Source of the DNA: Mytilus californianus
Lineage: Eukaryota
Length of the DNA stretch: 64,000 bases
NCBI RefSeq assembly: GCF_021869535.1
Contig: NW_026262745.1
Coordinates: forward strand, 26,908,001-26,972,000
Reading direction: 5' to 3'
Shown here: positions 63,036 to 64,000 of the stretch, piece after piece
Layout of the letters: every line of letters starts with the position of its first letter
How positions within the stretch are numbered: the stretch's first letter is position 1
Program-made: the position numbers and the translations under genes
The notes under the pieces: model-generated
Databases searched by the model: none
The model's input: the letters and a program-made list of their open reading frames with translations, nothing else
What the model was told of the DNA's origin: nothing

Positions 63036-63389
63036 ATGTTTGTTTGAATTTTTTTAGTGTTTTGTGTTGTATGTCTGTGATGTATGTACACACAGTTTTG
63101 GCTGCTGTATCCTAATTATTCTCACATTAACCTATCATGTCTGTTAGGGTTGCTCATCCAATTTTGTTTCAATATAACGGAATTAGAAACAACTGTCATA
63201 CAAGTGGGAGGTTTAGCTAGCTATAAATCAGGTAAAACACTTTTCTTCGGAAATGCCTGTACCAAGTCAGGAATGTGAAGGTTGGTTTTTACTCGTTCCT
63301 TTGGATGATAACGTTGGATTTTTCAGTTTTTATAGACTCCCATTTTTTGAATTTATCTTGGAGTTCGGTATTTTTGTTATACTTTTTCA

Positions 63390-63770
63390 CTAGTGGCAGT
63401 CGTCGTGTTACTCATTACAAATAAACTGTTAATGTTTAGTTGCATTCGGTGACATTACAACGGAGGGAAAGAGGAGGGAATTGTGGCTATGACAACTGGA
63501 GTATATTTGTTACACAGATAATCCGTAACGGTCAACCAAATCATAATGACGCCCACAAATCTTTCAAGAGATTACTTTAAATTTACCGTTAGGAACCCTT
63601 GGTGCAATAGCTTCCTTTTAAGCAACAACTCTCTATCAAGGAAATCAAGATATTAAATTCCATTCCTGTAATATACTCCAAACTGCGAGATATATACTCC
63701 TTATGCAGACGCTGTTGTCATATTATTTTACTATATAGAAAAGAAAAGTTCACATTAAGAAATAAAAATC
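63390..63770 (-). mobile_element. Decayed Naiad-type PLE RT C-terminus (family 3)
   Basis: Minus strand reads VNFSFLYS...GVYISQ...DFLDRELLLKRKLLHQGFLTVNLK*SLERFVGRHYDLVDRYG. Confidence 0.7.
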
Positions 63771-64000
63771 ATTTAAGGTAAATGGGCTATTTCACAGATT
63801 TTGGTTAAATTTTGCATCAAACTTTTTCTTTTTTGTTTATAACTAAAAATCGAAAAGTAATGCATTTGTCATCTCAATATCTTTAACTAAATGACTTCTT
63901 TGAAAATAGGTGAACACATGTACAGAAGGAAAGCACTTAAAATCGGCATAAAACGTTCTTACATTTGTCTTAAAATCATCAAACTTCAATATGAAATCGA

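Overview
AT-rich eukaryotic genomic DNA, most consistent with a bivalve mollusc (Mytilus-like; inferred from gene and repeat content, not from a search). It holds few host genes and many nested repeats. Host genes: (1) A tandem pair of minus-strand TRIM-like B-box genes that have decayed in complementary ways. The copy at 6385-7151 keeps two B-boxes but has an in-frame TGA in its coiled coil. The copy at 12710-14068 lost both B-boxes by an in-frame deletion but remains an intact two-exon ORF encoding coiled coil plus WW domains. (2) A plus-strand three-exon gene (47798-47870, 58298-58789, 60028-60293; 276 aa) encoding signal peptide + farnesoic-acid-O-methyltransferase-like domain + PAN/apple domain. 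The most striking structure is in intron 1 of that gene: a 7.27-kb array of about 112 copies of a 65-bp unit. The unit is the end of the signal-peptide exon, its GTAAGT donor and the first intronic bases, and the array core forms a 16-monomer higher-order repeat. Mobile elements: Penelope-like retroelements (three Naiad-type families, plus an apparently endonuclease-less element with a decayed upstream RGG-tailed ORF and an inverted partial copy), a decayed intron-containing rve/IS3-like DDE transposase, a long-TIR DNA element, a Helentron-type HINE, Meta-type SINEs, hairpin-bearing non-autonomous elements, a LINE fragment, degenerate hammerhead-ribozyme motifs and a 168-bp satellite in inverted arms. 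Family names come from recalled motifs and need confirmation by database search.
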